Shown piece after piece: positions 52,476 to 63,991 of a stretch of 64,000 nt of DNA. This DNA is from an uncultured Solirubrobacterales bacterium (GTDB lineage Bacteria; Actinomycetota; Thermoleophilia; Solirubrobacterales; 70-9): assembly GCA_963826475.1 (NCBI GenBank), contig CAWGXC010000002.1:72541-136540 (forward strand). Reading direction: 5' to 3'. The position numbers and the translations under genes are program-made. The notes beneath the pieces were generated by a model. That model ran no database searches. It worked only from the letters and a program-made list of their open reading frames with translations, and was not told the origin of the DNA. How positions within the stretch are numbered: position 1 is the first letter of the stretch; the number at the start of each line of letters is the position of its first letter.

Positions 52476-55400
52476 TCAGTCCAGGCTGGAGAGGGCGATG
52501 CCGAGCTCGCGCCCATCGACCTCGACGGTCGACGCCCCGTCCATGCCCGGCTCGAAGGCGATCGACGTCGCCAGCGTCTCGCCGGCGACGTAGTCGTCGT
52601 GACGGCGAACGGCCGCCAGCAGCGCCTCGTCGCCGCTGAGGATCAGCTCGATCCGGTCGGTGATCTCCAGGCCGGCGTCCTTGCGCGCGTTCTGCACGGC
52701 CCGCACGACCTCGCGAGCGAGCCCCTCGCGGATCAGCTCGTCATCGAGCTCAAGCGCCAGGGCGACGGCCCGTCCGGATTCAGACTCCACCTGGTAGCCG
52801 TCGAGGGGCTCCATGGCGAGCGTCATGTCCTCGCTGGAGAGCGTGTGATCGGTGCCGTCGATGGTGATTCCGATTTCGCGCTCCCCGGCGATCGCCGCGC
52901 GGGCATGGGTCGGGTTGAGCGCCTCGATCGCAGCCTTGGCCTGCGGCATGTGCTTGCCGAAGCGAGGTCCGAGCGAGCGGAAGTTCGGCTTCACCGAGTA
53001 AGTCGCCAGCTTGCCCTCCTCGGTGACGAACTCGAGCTCCTTGACGTTGAGCTCGGCGCGCACGACGTCGGCGAAACGCTCGATCGTCCCGGCCTCGGCC
53101 TCGGTGGCGACGATCACCGCCTTCGCCAGCGGCTGGCGCATCTTCGCCCGGGCGTGGGCGCGCGCCGCCCGGCCGAGCTCGACCGCGCGGCGGGCGGCCT
53201 CCATGCCGGCCTCGAGGTCAGGGTCGCGCAGCTCGAGCGATGGGGTCGGAAAGTCACATAGGTGGACCGAATCCGGCTCGTCGCCGAAGTCGCCGCCGAT
53301 CCCGCCGGTGAGGTTGCAGTAGATCGCGTCGGCGGTGAACGGGATGAACGGGGCGAGCAGCTTCGACGTCTCGAGCAGGGAGTGGCGGAGCGTCGCGAAG
53401 GCGGCGGGATCCCCCTCCCAGAACCGGCGCCGCGAGACCCGCACGTACCAGTTGGACAGTTCATCGACGAAGTCGGAGATCGCTCGCCCGGCGCCGACCG
53501 AGTCGAAGTCGTCGAGGCCCGTCCGCACCTCCTCAATGACGCCCTGGAGCCGGGAGACCAGCCAGCGATCGAGCTCCGCGTCGGCTTCACGGCCGGAGCT
53601 CCGCTCGCCCTGGTCCTTGCTCCCGGCCTCTCCCGCGGCGTTCTCGTAGAGGACGAGAAACGAGTACGTGTTCCACAACGTCAGCAGGAACTGACGCACC
53701 GATTCGCCGATCGTCTCGACGCTGAAGCGGTAGCCGGCCCACGGCTGCTGGGAGGTCAGGTAGTACCAGCGGAAGGCGTCGGCGCCATGGGTGTCGATCA
53801 CGTCGGACGGCGCCACGACGTTGCCCTTCGACTTCGACATCTTCTGCCCCTCGGGATCGAGGATCAGACCGAGGCAGACGCAGTTGCGGTAATCGGCCTC
53901 GCCGAACAGCAGGACCGACTCGGCGAGCTGGGAGTAGAACCAGCCGCGGGTCTGATCGATCCCCTCGCAGATGAAGTCGGCCGGGAAGCGGCTCTTGAAC
54001 AGCTCCTCGTTCTCGAACGGGTAGTGGAACTGCGCGAACGGCATCGCGCCCGAGTCGTACCAGGCGTCGATCGTCTCGACTACCCGGCGCATCTTGCCGC
54101 CACAGCCCTCGCAGTCGAGCTCGACCTCGTCGATGTAGGGGCGGTGGAGGTCGTCGGGGACGTCGCCGCCGCGGTCCTTCAGGTCAGCGATCGAGCCGGC
54201 GCAGAAGCGCTCGTTGCAATCGTCGCCGGTGCACTCCCAGATCGGCAGCGGGGTGCCCCAGTAGCGCTCGCGCGACAGCGCCCAATCGACGTTGTTCTCC
54301 AGCCACTTGCCGAAGCGCCCATGCTTGATGTGCTCGGGGTGCCAGCCGATCGTCTCGTTGGCGGCGAGCAACTCGTCCTTGACCGCGGAGGTGCGCAGGT
54401 ACCAGCTGGACTTCGCGTAGTAGAGGAGCGCCGTGCCGCAGCGCCAGCAGTGGGGATAGGCGTGCTCGTAGTCGACGACCCGGTAGAGCCGGCCGCTTTC
54501 CCGGAGCGCCTCGACGATCTCGGGGTTGTGGTCGTAGACGAGCTTGCCCTGGTATTCGGGGACCCGTTCGTCGAAGTGGCCGTTGGGGAGAACGGGGTTC
54601 TGCAGCGTCATCCCGTAGGCCTCGCCGAGGCGGTAGTCGTCCTCGCCGAACGCGAGCGCGGTGTGGACGAGGCCGGTGCCGTCCTCGGTCGTGACGAAGT
54701 CACCGAGCAGGACGGAATGACCGAGCGGACCGAAGTCGTCGGCGCTCAGGTACTTGAACGGACCCTCGTACCGCACCCCCTCGAGATCGGCTCCACTGAG
54801 CGTCCCGAGCTCCTCGTAGCCCTCGCCGAGCACCTTCTCCGCCAGCGCCCCGGCGACGACGAGCACCTCCTCGGCTCCGGCGGGGCGCCCGCGGACGTAT
54901 TCGATCTCCGCGCCGACGGCGACGGCGGCGTGGGAGATCAGCGTCCAGGGGGTGGTCGTCCAGACGAGCAGGTTGTCGCCAACCTCGAGCGCCCCCCCGG
55001 GCTCGGTCACCGGCAGGCGGACGTAGGCGCTCGGATCGACCTGGTTCTCGTAGCCCTGAGCGACCTCGTGCGAGCTGAGCGCCGTGCCGCAGCGCGGGCA
55101 GTAGGGGACGACCTTGTGGCCCTGGTAGAGCCGATCGTCGTCCCAGATCTTCCGCAGCGACCACCAGACCGACTCGATGTAGGTGTCATCGAGCGTCCGG
55201 TAGGCATCGTCCATGTCGACCCAGAAGCCGATTCGCTCGGTCAGCTCCTTGAAGTCGTCGACGTAGCGGAAGACCGACTCCCGGCACTTGCGGTTGAACT
55301 CGGCGATGCCGTAATCCTCGATCTCCTCCTTCGAGGAGATCCCGAGCTCCTTCTCGACCTCGAGCTCGACCGGCAGTCCATGGCAGTCCCAGCCCGCCTT

Positions 55401-55658
55401 GCGGGGGACGAAGTGGCCCGTCATCGCCTTGTAGCGCGGGTAGATGTCCTTGAAGACGCGTGGCAGAACGTGGTGGGAGCCCGGGCGGCCGTTCGCGGTG
55501 GGTGGACCCTCGTAGAAGCTCCACACCGGGGACCCCTCGCGGTCCGCCATCTGACGGGCGAAGACGTCACGCTCGCGCCAGCGCTCGAGGACGCTTTCCT
55601 CGAGCGCGGGGAACGACTGCTTCGGGTCAACCGGCTCGTATTTCCTGGGTTGCGGCAT
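52476..55658 (-). CDS. ileS: isoleucine--tRNA ligase
   Basis: ATG at 55658. HIGH-type motif PTANGRPGSHHV, KMSKS motif and a zinc-binding CxxC pair. 1060 aa. The listed 1533-aa ORF is an upstream extension antisense to fumC. Confidence 0.95.
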   Translation of the reverse strand: MPQPRKYEPVDPKQSFPALEESVLERWRERDVFARQMADREGSPVWSFYEGPPTANGRPGSHHVLPRVFKDIYPRYKAMTGHFVPRKAGWDCHGLPVELEVEKELGISSKEEIEDYGIAEFNRKCRESVFRYVDDFKELTERIGFWVDMDDAYRTLDDTYIESVWWSLRKIWDDDRLYQGHKVVPYCPRCGTALSSHEVAQGYENQVDPSAYVRLPVTEPGGALEVGDNLLVWTTTPWTLISHAAVAVGAEIEYVRGRPAGAEEVLVVAGALAEKVLGEGYEELGTLSGADLEGVRYEGPFKYLSADDFGPLGHSVLLGDFVTTEDGTGLVHTALAFGEDDYRLGEAYGMTLQNPVLPNGHFDERVPEYQGKLVYDHNPEIVEALRESGRLYRVVDYEHAYPHCWRCGTALLYYAKSSWYLRTSAVKDELLAANETIGWHPEHIKHGRFGKWLENNVDWALSRERYWGTPLPIWECTGDDCNERFCAGSIADLKDRGGDVPDDLHRPYIDEVELDCEGCGGKMRRVVETIDAWYDSGAMPFAQFHYPFENEELFKSRFPADFICEGIDQTRGWFYSQLAESVLLFGEADYRNCVCLGLILDPEGQKMSKSKGNVVAPSDVIDTHGADAFRWYYLTSQQPWAGYRFSVETIGESVRQFLLTLWNTYSFLVLYENAAGEAGSKDQGERSSGREADAELDRWLVSRLQGVIEEVRTGLDDFDSVGAGRAISDFVDELSNWYVRVSRRRFWEGDPAAFATLRHSLLETSKLLAPFIPFTADAIYCNLTGGIGGDFGDEPDSVHLCDFPTPSLELRDPDLEAGMEAARRAVELGRAARAHARAKMRQPLAKAVIVATEAEAGTIERFADVVRAELNVKELEFVTEEGKLATYSVKPNFRSLGPRFGKHMPQAKAAIEALNPTHARAAIAGEREIGITIDGTDHTLSSEDMTLAMEPLDGYQVESESGRAVALALELDDELIREGLAREVVRAVQNARKDAGLEITDRIELILSGDEALLAAVRRHDDYVAGETLATSIAFEPGMDGASTVEVDGRELGIALSSLD

Positions 55659-55748
55659 GGGGGCGGTCGATTCTAGGCGCGGCCGTCGGGCCGATAGCCT
55701 CAATGGGTACCTGTGGGCACCTGAATCGAGACGAACGGAGAAACGCGA

Positions 55749-57104
<1,356 letters not shown>

Positions 57105-57137
57105 ATCCGCCGCGGGGAAGTACTACCGGATTCCGAT

Positions 57138-57161
57138 GGGGCGGTTCCGCGGAACCGCCCC
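57138..57161. terminator. perfect 24-nt palindrome between convergent fumC and cupin genes (bidirectional terminator-like)
   Basis: GGGGCGGTTCCGCGGAACCGCCCC was read directly. Confidence 0.55.
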
Positions 57162-57169
57162 AGCCGGCG

Positions 57170-57571
57170 CTAGTCGGCCCACCAGTCGCGCTGGCCCTCG
57201 ACGTCTTCGCGTGGTGCCTCGCCGAGGTTGGGCGCGCCGATGACGATGATCTCGAGGCCCTCCGGCCCGGCCTCGTAGCCTCGCCACGTACCGGGCGCGA
57301 CGCGTACCGCATCCCACGTTCTGAGCTCGACGATCTCCTCGTCGAGCTTCATCCGCCCGCCCCCGCGCAGGACCACGTAGACCTCCTCCTGCGTCTTATG
57401 CGTGTGCCCGTACGGAAAGCGGTATCCGGGCGGGAGCCGCTGGTAGCCGAGGCCGGATTGCTCGAGCTCGAGGACCTCGGTAGCCAGTCGGAACTCCAGG
57501 TCCCGGTCGCCGTCGAAGTTGGATCCGACGTCCTCGAGATCGTCCTTCAGATTCCTGCGCGTGAACGCCAC
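57170..57571 (-). CDS. cupin domain-containing protein
   Basis: YGHTHKTQEEVYVVLRGGG ... VRVAPGTWR cupin motifs. Confidence 0.75.
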   Translation of the reverse strand: MAFTRRNLKDDLEDVGSNFDGDRDLEFRLATEVLELEQSGLGYQRLPPGYRFPYGHTHKTQEEVYVVLRGGGRMKLDEEIVELRTWDAVRVAPGTWRGYEAGPEGLEIIVIGAPNLGEAPREDVEGQRDWWAD

Positions 57572-57582
57572 AGGTCGCGATC

Positions 57583-57882
57583 CTAAGACGCCGGGTACGT
57601 GAGCGCCTCCGCGTCGCGCGAGGCGTGAATGTCACGGGAGAGAGCGGACAGCGCTGCCGGCAGCCCGACGGTGACTCGGTCGGGGCTCATCGGCAGGCCG
57701 GTCGCATCGGCCACAGCTGCGGCGGCCTGGGGGCTGGAGAGGCGCATCGCGTCGAGCTCCATGCGGCAGCCCATCGCGAGCTCGATCGGGGATGAGCCGT
57801 CGGCGCCGGGTGGCGGCAACTCCTCGATCTCACCGTAGCTCTGGGCCTCTCGCACCCGGTTGACGAACTTGAGTAGATACAT
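57583..57882 (-). CDS. hypothetical protein (99 aa)
   Basis: ATG at 57882, preceded by a GAAGGAGGA RBS. It lies 11 nt upstream of the cupin gene and is probably co-transcribed. No recognised motif. Confidence 0.45.
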   Translation of the reverse strand: MYLLKFVNRVREAQSYGEIEELPPPGADGSSPIELAMGCRMELDAMRLSSPQAAAAVADATGLPMSPDRVTVGLPAALSALSRDIHASRDAEALTYPAS

Positions 57883-57994
57883 CCTGGTTCCTCCTTCGAC
57901 CATCCATCGGCCCGGGCGGAGGCACGCTGAGCCCAGCGGCCCCGGAGTGGACGGCTGTCATCATCGGAGGCGTACTTCGAGTCAGGAGATGGCG

Positions 57995-58522
57995 ATGAGC
58001 GAGACCGAGATCGAGAGCGGAAAGACCTTCGACGGCGTCACCGAGGAGGCGACCTTCGGGGCCGGCTGCTTCTGGCAGCCCGAGATGGCCTACCGCGAGC
58101 TCGAGGGGGTCATCGACACCGCCGTCGGCTACGAGGGCGGTCACGTCGAAAATCCGACCTACGAGCAGGTCTGCTCCGGCCGTACCGGACACGCCGAGGT
58201 CGTCCAGGTCACCTTCGATCCACTGCGGATCTCTTACGGCGAGCTGGTCAAGATGTTCTGGCGGATGCACGATCCGACGCAGGTCGATCGCCAGGGCCCC
58301 GATGTCGGCTCCCAGTACCGGACCGTCATCTTCACCCACTCGCCTGAGCAGATTGAGGCGGCCGAGCAGTCCAAGGCCGAGGAGCAGCAGCGCCACAGCG
58401 CGCCGATCGCAACCACGATCGAGCCGGCGACGGGCTTCTGGCGCGCCGAGGAGTACCACCAGTGCTACCTGCAGCAGCGCCGCTCCGGCGCCGGGCTGCT
58501 GGGTCAGCTGCTCGGGCGTTAG
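57995..58522 (+). CDS. msrA: peptide-methionine (S)-S-oxide reductase
   Basis: GAGCFWQPE active site and [17 protein letters not shown] lies 6 nt upstream of the ATG at 57995. Confidence 0.9.
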   Translation: MSETEIESGKTFDGVTEEATFGAGCFWQPEMAYRELEGVIDTAVGYEGGHVENPTYEQVCSGRTGHAEVVQVTFDPLRISYGELVKMFWRMHDPTQVDRQGPDVGSQYRTVIFTHSPEQIEAAEQSKAEEQQRHSAPIATTIEPATGFWRAEEYHQCYLQQRRSGAGLLGQLLGR

Positions 58523-58564
58523 CCCTCACCGCATCTGACGGACGCGGCCTCGGGTGCCGCCGGC

Positions 58565-60028
58565 TCAGAGGTTGATCGCCACGTATTTCGTCTCGAGGTA
58601 CTCGAGGATTCCCTCGCTGCCGCCCTCGCGCCCGATGCCCGAGGCCTTGACGCCGCCGAACGGCGCGCCCGCGTTGGAGACCATCCCCTGGTTGAGGCCG
58701 ATCATCCCCGTCTCCAACGCCTCGCAGACGCGCAGCGCACGATTGAGGTCTTTGGTGAACACGTAGGAGACGAGCCCGTACTCGGTGTCATTGGCCGCGT
58801 CGATGGCCTCCTCATCGGTGCTGAAGGTGCGGATCGGGGCCACCGGCCCGAAGATCTCCTCCTTGAGCAGGCGGGCGTCGTCGCTGACCCCGGAGAGGAC
58901 GGTCGGCTCGTAGAAGTAGCCGGCGCCGTCGACCCGCGAACCGCCGACGACGGCCGTGGCACCCTTCTCGACGGCGTCGTCGACGAGCTCGGCGACCTTC
59001 GAGCGCTGATCCTCGTCGATCAGCGGACCGACGTCGTTGCCGTCGTCGGTTCCGCGGCCGACCTTGAGTGCGCCCATCTTCTCCGCGAGCTTCTCAGCGA
59101 ACTCCTCGGCTACGGACTCATGGACGTGGAAGCGATTTGCCGATGTGCACGCCTCGCCGACGTTGCGCATCTTGGCGATCATCGCGCCCTCGACGGCCGC
59201 ATCGAGATCGGCGTCCTCGAAGACGACGAACGGGGCGTTGCCGCCGAGCTCCATCGAGACCTTCAGCACGCCCTCGGCGGACTGCTCGATCAGCTTCTGC
59301 CCGACCTCGGTGGAACCCGTGAAGGAGAGCTTGCGCAGCCGCGGGTCGGAGATCACCGGCTTCGAGACGTCGCCCGAGGAAGAGCTCGTGACGACGTTGA
59401 GGACGCCGTCGGGGAGCCCGCAATCGACGAGCAACTGAGCCAGCCGGAGCATCGAAAGGGGCGTCTTCTGCGCCGGCTTGATGACCATCGTGCAGCCGGC
59501 GGCGATGGCCGGGCCGATCTTGCGGGTGCCCATCGCGGCGGGGAAGTTCCACGGGGTGATGAAGTAGCAGGGGCCGATGGGCTGGCGCATCACGAGCACG
59601 CGGCTGGCGCCGTTGCCGGCAGTCTTGTAATAGCCCTGCGTGCGGAGCGCCTCGCCCGAGTTCCAGCGAAAGAACTCGCTGGCGTAGGCGATCTCGGCCT
59701 TCGACTCGGCGATGGTCTTGCCCATCTCGAGCGTCATCAGCAGCGCCAGCTCCTCGGCGTTGTCGGCCATCGCCTGGAATGCGTCGTGGAGGATCTCGGA
59801 GCGGTCGTTCGGGGCGCTCGCCCCCCATTCGGCCTGCGCGCCGGCAGCGGCATCCATCGCCGCCTGTGCGTCCTCGGGCGTCGCGTCGGCGATCTCACAG
59901 AGGGTCTGCCCGTTCGAGGGGTCCTCGATCGCGAACGTCTCGCCGCCGCTCGCATCCCGCCATTCGCCGCCGATGAGCAACCTCTTCTCGACGCCGTCGA
60001 TGACCGATCTCTCATCCGTGCTGCTCAT
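58565..60028 (-). CDS. gabD: NAD(P)+-dependent aldehyde dehydrogenase, succinate-semialdehyde dehydrogenase-like
   Basis: ATG at 60028 with a GGGAGG RBS. ELGGNAP and EACTSANR catalytic motifs. LMTLEMGKTIAESKAEI is typical of the GabD subgroup. Confidence 0.8.
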   Translation of the reverse strand: MSSTDERSVIDGVEKRLLIGGEWRDASGGETFAIEDPSNGQTLCEIADATPEDAQAAMDAAAGAQAEWGASAPNDRSEILHDAFQAMADNAEELALLMTLEMGKTIAESKAEIAYASEFFRWNSGEALRTQGYYKTAGNGASRVLVMRQPIGPCYFITPWNFPAAMGTRKIGPAIAAGCTMVIKPAQKTPLSMLRLAQLLVDCGLPDGVLNVVTSSSSGDVSKPVISDPRLRKLSFTGSTEVGQKLIEQSAEGVLKVSMELGGNAPFVVFEDADLDAAVEGAMIAKMRNVGEACTSANRFHVHESVAEEFAEKLAEKMGALKVGRGTDDGNDVGPLIDEDQRSKVAELVDDAVEKGATAVVGGSRVDGAGYFYEPTVLSGVSDDARLLKEEIFGPVAPIRTFSTDEEAIDAANDTEYGLVSYVFTKDLNRALRVCEALETGMIGLNQGMVSNAGAPFGGVKASGIGREGGSEGILEYLETKYVAINL

Positions 60029-60226
60029 GCGGGACCTCCCGTTCGCCGTGTTCACGTCCACATTCCATCCGTCGGTTCACCCTACCCGCAGGCCGGAGTC
60101 GCCAAGCGCTATGGCGCACGGCCCGGTGCAAGCTCGGTTGCCGCAACTCGACGGCACGAGGCGGTTTGAGATGGGTGTCGAAGCATTCGATGGGCGCCCC
60201 TCAGGGCGTTCTGATCCCGCCTGCCG

Positions 60227-61369
60227 ATGACCGAACCCAACGCACAGCTCTCACGTGGCCTCCGGCTTGGATGGCTCGTCCCCCTGCTCGCGGTGGTCAT
60301 CGCCCTCGCCGTCGCGCCCGCCGTTGCGCACGCGGGCAACAAGTGGGTCCTGCGAGGCCACGGCTACGGTCACGGGATCGGCATGAGCCAATGGGGGGCT
60401 TACGGATACGCCCAGCACGGCACCGACTATCGCAAGATCATCGCCCACTATTACCGGGGGACGAAGATCGAGCAGGTCCGCGCCTCCCGCTCGGTCCGGG
60501 TGCTGCTGGGAACGACCTCGGGCTCGGCCTCCTTCTCCGGAGCCAAGCGCGCCTGCGGCCATGACCTCCATCCCTCCTCTACCTATTCCGCGGCACTCCG
60601 CGGGGGCAAGGTCCGGCTCGAGCGGAGCAACGGCAAGCGGATTGCGGGCTGCGGCTCGAAGCTGGTCGCGAAGGGTGTGGCCGGGCCGATTCAGATCGGT
60701 GGCGAGGGCTCCTTCCGGGGCAACTTCGTCGCGGTCGCCTCCGGCGGCGACCTCTATCTCGTCAACCAGCTCAGCCTCGACGACTACGTCCAGGGCGTCA
60801 TTCCCAACGAGATGCCCTCCTCCTGGCCGCTCGACGCCCTGCGTGCGCAGGCCGTTGCCGCACGGAGCTACGCGCTCGCAACCGACGCCGGCGGCGACAT
60901 CTTCGACCAGTACGACGACACCCGCAGCCAGGTCTACGGTGGGCTCTCCACGGAGACGAGCGCCACCAACAAGGCGGTGCGCAAGTCGAAGCAGCAGGTG
61001 GCCACCTACAACGGAGACGTGATCGCGGCCTTCTTCTTCTCCACCTCGGGGGGACGGACCGAGAACGTCGAGTTCGGCTTCCCCGGAGCCGTGCCCGTCC
61101 CCTATCTGAAGAGCGTGCGCGATCCCTACGACGACGCCTCGCCCAACCACCGCTGGAAGGAGACGTTCACTCAAGCGCAGATGCAGTCCAAGCTCGGCGC
61201 CCTCGTCAAGGGCCGGCTCCGGAAGATCGTCGTGACGAAGCGAGGCGTCTCCCCGCGAATCGTGTTCGCGAACCTGGTCGGCTCGAAGGGAACGACGAAG
61301 GTGACGGGCGCGGACCTGCGCCTGCAGTTGGGCCTCCGTTCGACCTGGGTGAAGTTCAAGAAAGGGTGA
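60227..61369 (+). CDS. SpoIID/LytB domain-containing protein
   Basis: Signal or anchor N-terminus. GHGYGHGIGMSQWGAYGYA, VAARSYAL and FFSTSGGRTEN motifs. Confidence 0.85.
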   Translation: MTEPNAQLSRGLRLGWLVPLLAVVIALAVAPAVAHAGNKWVLRGHGYGHGIGMSQWGAYGYAQHGTDYRKIIAHYYRGTKIEQVRASRSVRVLLGTTSGSASFSGAKRACGHDLHPSSTYSAALRGGKVRLERSNGKRIAGCGSKLVAKGVAGPIQIGGEGSFRGNFVAVASGGDLYLVNQLSLDDYVQGVIPNEMPSSWPLDALRAQAVAARSYALATDAGGDIFDQYDDTRSQVYGGLSTETSATNKAVRKSKQQVATYNGDVIAAFFFSTSGGRTENVEFGFPGAVPVPYLKSVRDPYDDASPNHRWKETFTQAQMQSKLGALVKGRLRKIVVTKRGVSPRIVFANLVGSKGTTKVTGADLRLQLGLRSTWVKFKKG

Positions 61370-61375
61370 CTCCGG

Positions 61376-62368
61376 CTAACCGTCTGGGAACGGCTGCAAG
61401 GGGATCCCGTGGTCGGTGTCCCGGCTGCCGTACTCGTAGACGGCGCCCGCATCCACCTGGATCTCGACGTCGTCGCGTCCCTGTCGTTTGATCCGCAGCT
61501 CGAGGTCGGCGATCGAGCAGTTGAGGGCGTGATGCTCTCCCGCGGTGGGGTCGGAGTAGAGCCACGCGACGAACTGCTCGGCGGGAGCGCTCACGATGCC
61601 CTCGACCGTGGCTCCGTCGCCGGGGACGGTGAACCGGCAGCTCGTCGCCTCGGCCTTCAGCTTGGTGCCCCAGATCCGCCCGATGCCACCGAGTCGGTGG
61701 CTGATGCCGTCGAGGATCAGCCGCCCGTTGGCGACCCAGGGCGTCGTCATCCCGGCGAGACGAATCCGGCCGGCGACGATGTCGATGTAGTCGGTCGATT
61801 GCGAGTCACCGAGGCCGGTGCCGTGGATCCAGGTCCAACGTTCGGCATGCTCGCTTCCCCAGTTGTGGCCCACCATCCCCGGCCAAGCGTTGAGCTCGAT
61901 GCGCTCCCCATCGAGCTCGATCGTCCCGTCGAAGAGGGCTCCCGGATGTGGCGCGACCATTTTCGTCCGCGGCACCGACCGCTCGTACATCCACTCCTTT
62001 GGGAGGTAGTTGAGGGGCTCGTGGCGGTCGCTGAAACGCAGACCCCAGCTGGCCCTGCAGCCGGGGAGGGCAATGCTCCCTCGCGCCCACCCAGGGCCGA
62101 GCTCCGACTCGCCCATCCGGATGTAGGAGCTCTGAGGCGTTGAGATGTCGGCAAGGGAGAGCTGGCGCTTCGCTGCCCGAGGCGGCCCGCGGCGGGAGTC
62201 GAAGCAGGTGATCCAGACCGCGCCGGTCGCTGGCTCTCCGGGTCGCTTGTGGACCGTGTGGCGAATCCAGATGGCCCGTGATCCCGCCGGGTCGCAGGCC
62301 TTCAGATAGAAGCTCTCGTAGTGCCCTTGGGAGAAAGGCACATCCGGAAAACGTGCTTCTGCCTTCAT
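61376..62368 (-). CDS. hypothetical protein (330 aa)
   Basis: Long ORF with coding-like codon bias. The segment GMVGHNWGSEHAERW faintly recalls tocopherol-cyclase/CrtC-like folds, but I cannot support a family call. Confidence 0.55.
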   Translation of the reverse strand: MKAEARFPDVPFSQGHYESFYLKACDPAGSRAIWIRHTVHKRPGEPATGAVWITCFDSRRGPPRAAKRQLSLADISTPQSSYIRMGESELGPGWARGSIALPGCRASWGLRFSDRHEPLNYLPKEWMYERSVPRTKMVAPHPGALFDGTIELDGERIELNAWPGMVGHNWGSEHAERWTWIHGTGLGDSQSTDYIDIVAGRIRLAGMTTPWVANGRLILDGISHRLGGIGRIWGTKLKAEATSCRFTVPGDGATVEGIVSAPAEQFVAWLYSDPTAGEHHALNCSIADLELRIKRQGRDDVEIQVDAGAVYEYGSRDTDHGIPLQPFPDG

Positions 62369-62416
62369 CCTTTGAAGCTACAGGGGCGCTTGGACGATCG
62401 TGTCAAGCTGCCGGAG

Positions 62417-63991
62417 ATGCATGGACGAACACCGCATGACCGGGGCTCGTTGCGCTTGCCACTGCTGGCCGCGTGTTTGGTCGCGATCGCCCTGTTCCTC
62501 TGGGCGATCGGCGCCTTCGGTGGAGCTGACGGCGACGTGGTTCCCTCCCAGATCGCCGACGCGGCTCGAGATCCCGGCGGCGAGACCGATCCCTTCGCCT
62601 ATACCGATGAGCGCAGCGCCGACTTCGTCGATCGGGCGACCCTCGGCTACTCCCACGTCCTCTACGAGAAGAGCCCGGGTGGAATCGTCGCGAGCGCTCG
62701 CCGCACCGCGCGCTGGCGGGATGAGATCGAGCGGGCGGCCGACGATCACGGGGTCGACCCCGATCTGATGGAGGCGATCGTCCTGCTCGAGAGCGCCGGA
62801 CGGCCCGAGGTGATCGCCGGCGACGATCCCGCGGCAGCCTCGGGGCTCGCCCAGATCGTCGCCTCCACCGGAATCGACCTGCTCGGGATGAAGATCGATC
62901 TCCCGCGGAGCCAGGCGCTGACGGGGCAGATCGCGACGACGGGCAAGGCGCTGGCGAAGGCAAGTACACGCGCGAGCAGCCCGAAGCCGAAGGTCCGTAA
63001 CGAGGCCCGCAGGCAACTGCGGGTGCTTCCCCGCAAGCTGGCCGACCTTGCGCGCCGACGCCGGGCGATCGACGAGCGCTTTCAGCCGCAGGCCGCGCTT
63101 CAGGGCATGGGGGACTACCTCGAGCAGGCGAAGGAGCGCTTCGGTACGGCGGACCTGGCGACCGAGAGCTACCACATGGGAATCGGCAACCTCGAAACCG
63201 TGATCGACCGTTATGTCGGCCCCGGCGAGGCGAGCGCCGGAGCCACCGTCGGCGAGATCGTCTCCCGCAATGGGATCGACTACCCGCGGCTCTTCTTCGA
63301 CTCCTCGCCGCTCGTCAATCCGCGCAGCTGGGATCTGCTCGCCTCCTTCGGCGATGACAGCTCGACCTACCTGTGGCGTGTCCTCGCTGCCGAACGGATC
63401 ATGCGCCTGTACCGGAACGATCGTTCTGAGCTCGAGCGCCTCGACGGCCTCAACCTCGCGAAGTCGACGGCGGAAGAGGTCTTCCATCCCGAATCGACGA
63501 CGATGGTCTTCGCCGACCCCAGCGACCTGGAGTCGGCACTCGCCGACGGCGACCTGGTCGCGATCGGCGACGGAGCCGACTACGGCTTCAGGGTCGGTCC
63601 GCAGCTCGGCGAGCTGGCCCCGGAGCTCGGCGTCGATCCGGCGCTATACGCGTCGCTGCGCCCGGAGGCGCTGGCCACGCTGATCTACCTGAGTGCTCGG
63701 GTCCGGGAGATCGACGGCGGCAAGGGGACCCTGACCTTGACCAGCGCCGTCCGCGATCAGAGCTACCAGGACGCGCTGGTCGGGATCAACTCCGAGGCGA
63801 CTTCCGCCTACTCGCTCCATACGACGGGTTACTCGTTCGACATCCTGCGCAAGTACCGCAGCGATGCGCAGGCGCGGGCATTCCAGTTCATGCTCGACCG
63901 GCTGCGCGCCCTCGCCGTGATCGACTACGCGGTGGAGCCGCAGGCGATCCACATCACTGTGTCAGACGGAGCAGCGCCGCTGCTGGGGTAG
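62417..63991 (+). CDS. membrane-anchored bifunctional cell-wall hydrolase: SLT lytic transglycosylase domain plus C-terminal M15/VanY-like peptidase domain
   Basis: ATG at 62417. TM anchor LPLLAACLVAIALFLWAIGAF. SLT motif LLESAGRP...ASGLAQIV. C-terminal SLHTTGYSFDI and VEPQAIHITV (M15-type metal ligand pattern). Confidence 0.75.
   Translation: MHGRTPHDRGSLRLPLLAACLVAIALFLWAIGAFGGADGDVVPSQIADAARDPGGETDPFAYTDERSADFVDRATLGYSHVLYEKSPGGIVASARRTARWRDEIERAADDHGVDPDLMEAIVLLESAGRPEVIAGDDPAAASGLAQIVASTGIDLLGMKIDLPRSQALTGQIATTGKALAKASTRASSPKPKVRNEARRQLRVLPRKLADLARRRRAIDERFQPQAALQGMGDYLEQAKERFGTADLATESYHMGIGNLETVIDRYVGPGEASAGATVGEIVSRNGIDYPRLFFDSSPLVNPRSWDLLASFGDDSSTYLWRVLAAERIMRLYRNDRSELERLDGLNLAKSTAEEVFHPESTTMVFADPSDLESALADGDLVAIGDGADYGFRVGPQLGELAPELGVDPALYASLRPEALATLIYLSARVREIDGGKGTLTLTSAVRDQSYQDALVGINSEATSAYSLHTTGYSFDILRKYRSDAQARAFQFMLDRLRALAVIDYAVEPQAIHITVSDGAAPLLG

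Noticed and set aside
55659-55748. T-box riboswitch upstream of ileS, as known for some actinobacterial ileS genes.
   Set aside because: Only 90 nt separate the ileS ATG from the divergent fumC start. A TAGAAT -10-like hexamer sits 11 nt before the ATG, implying an almost leaderless mRNA. I found no GGTGGTACCGCG-like T-box sequence there or further upstream antisense to fumC.
60029-60226. c-di-AMP (ydaO-type) or other riboswitch in the 200-bp divergent region before the SpoIID/LytB cell-wall gene.
   Set aside because: Apart from a GGGTAGGGTGAACC-like string on the minus strand, which faces the ALDH gene, I could not recognise the paired conserved segments of the ydaO motif. The evidence is too weak to report as a feature. 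An Infernal scan would settle it.
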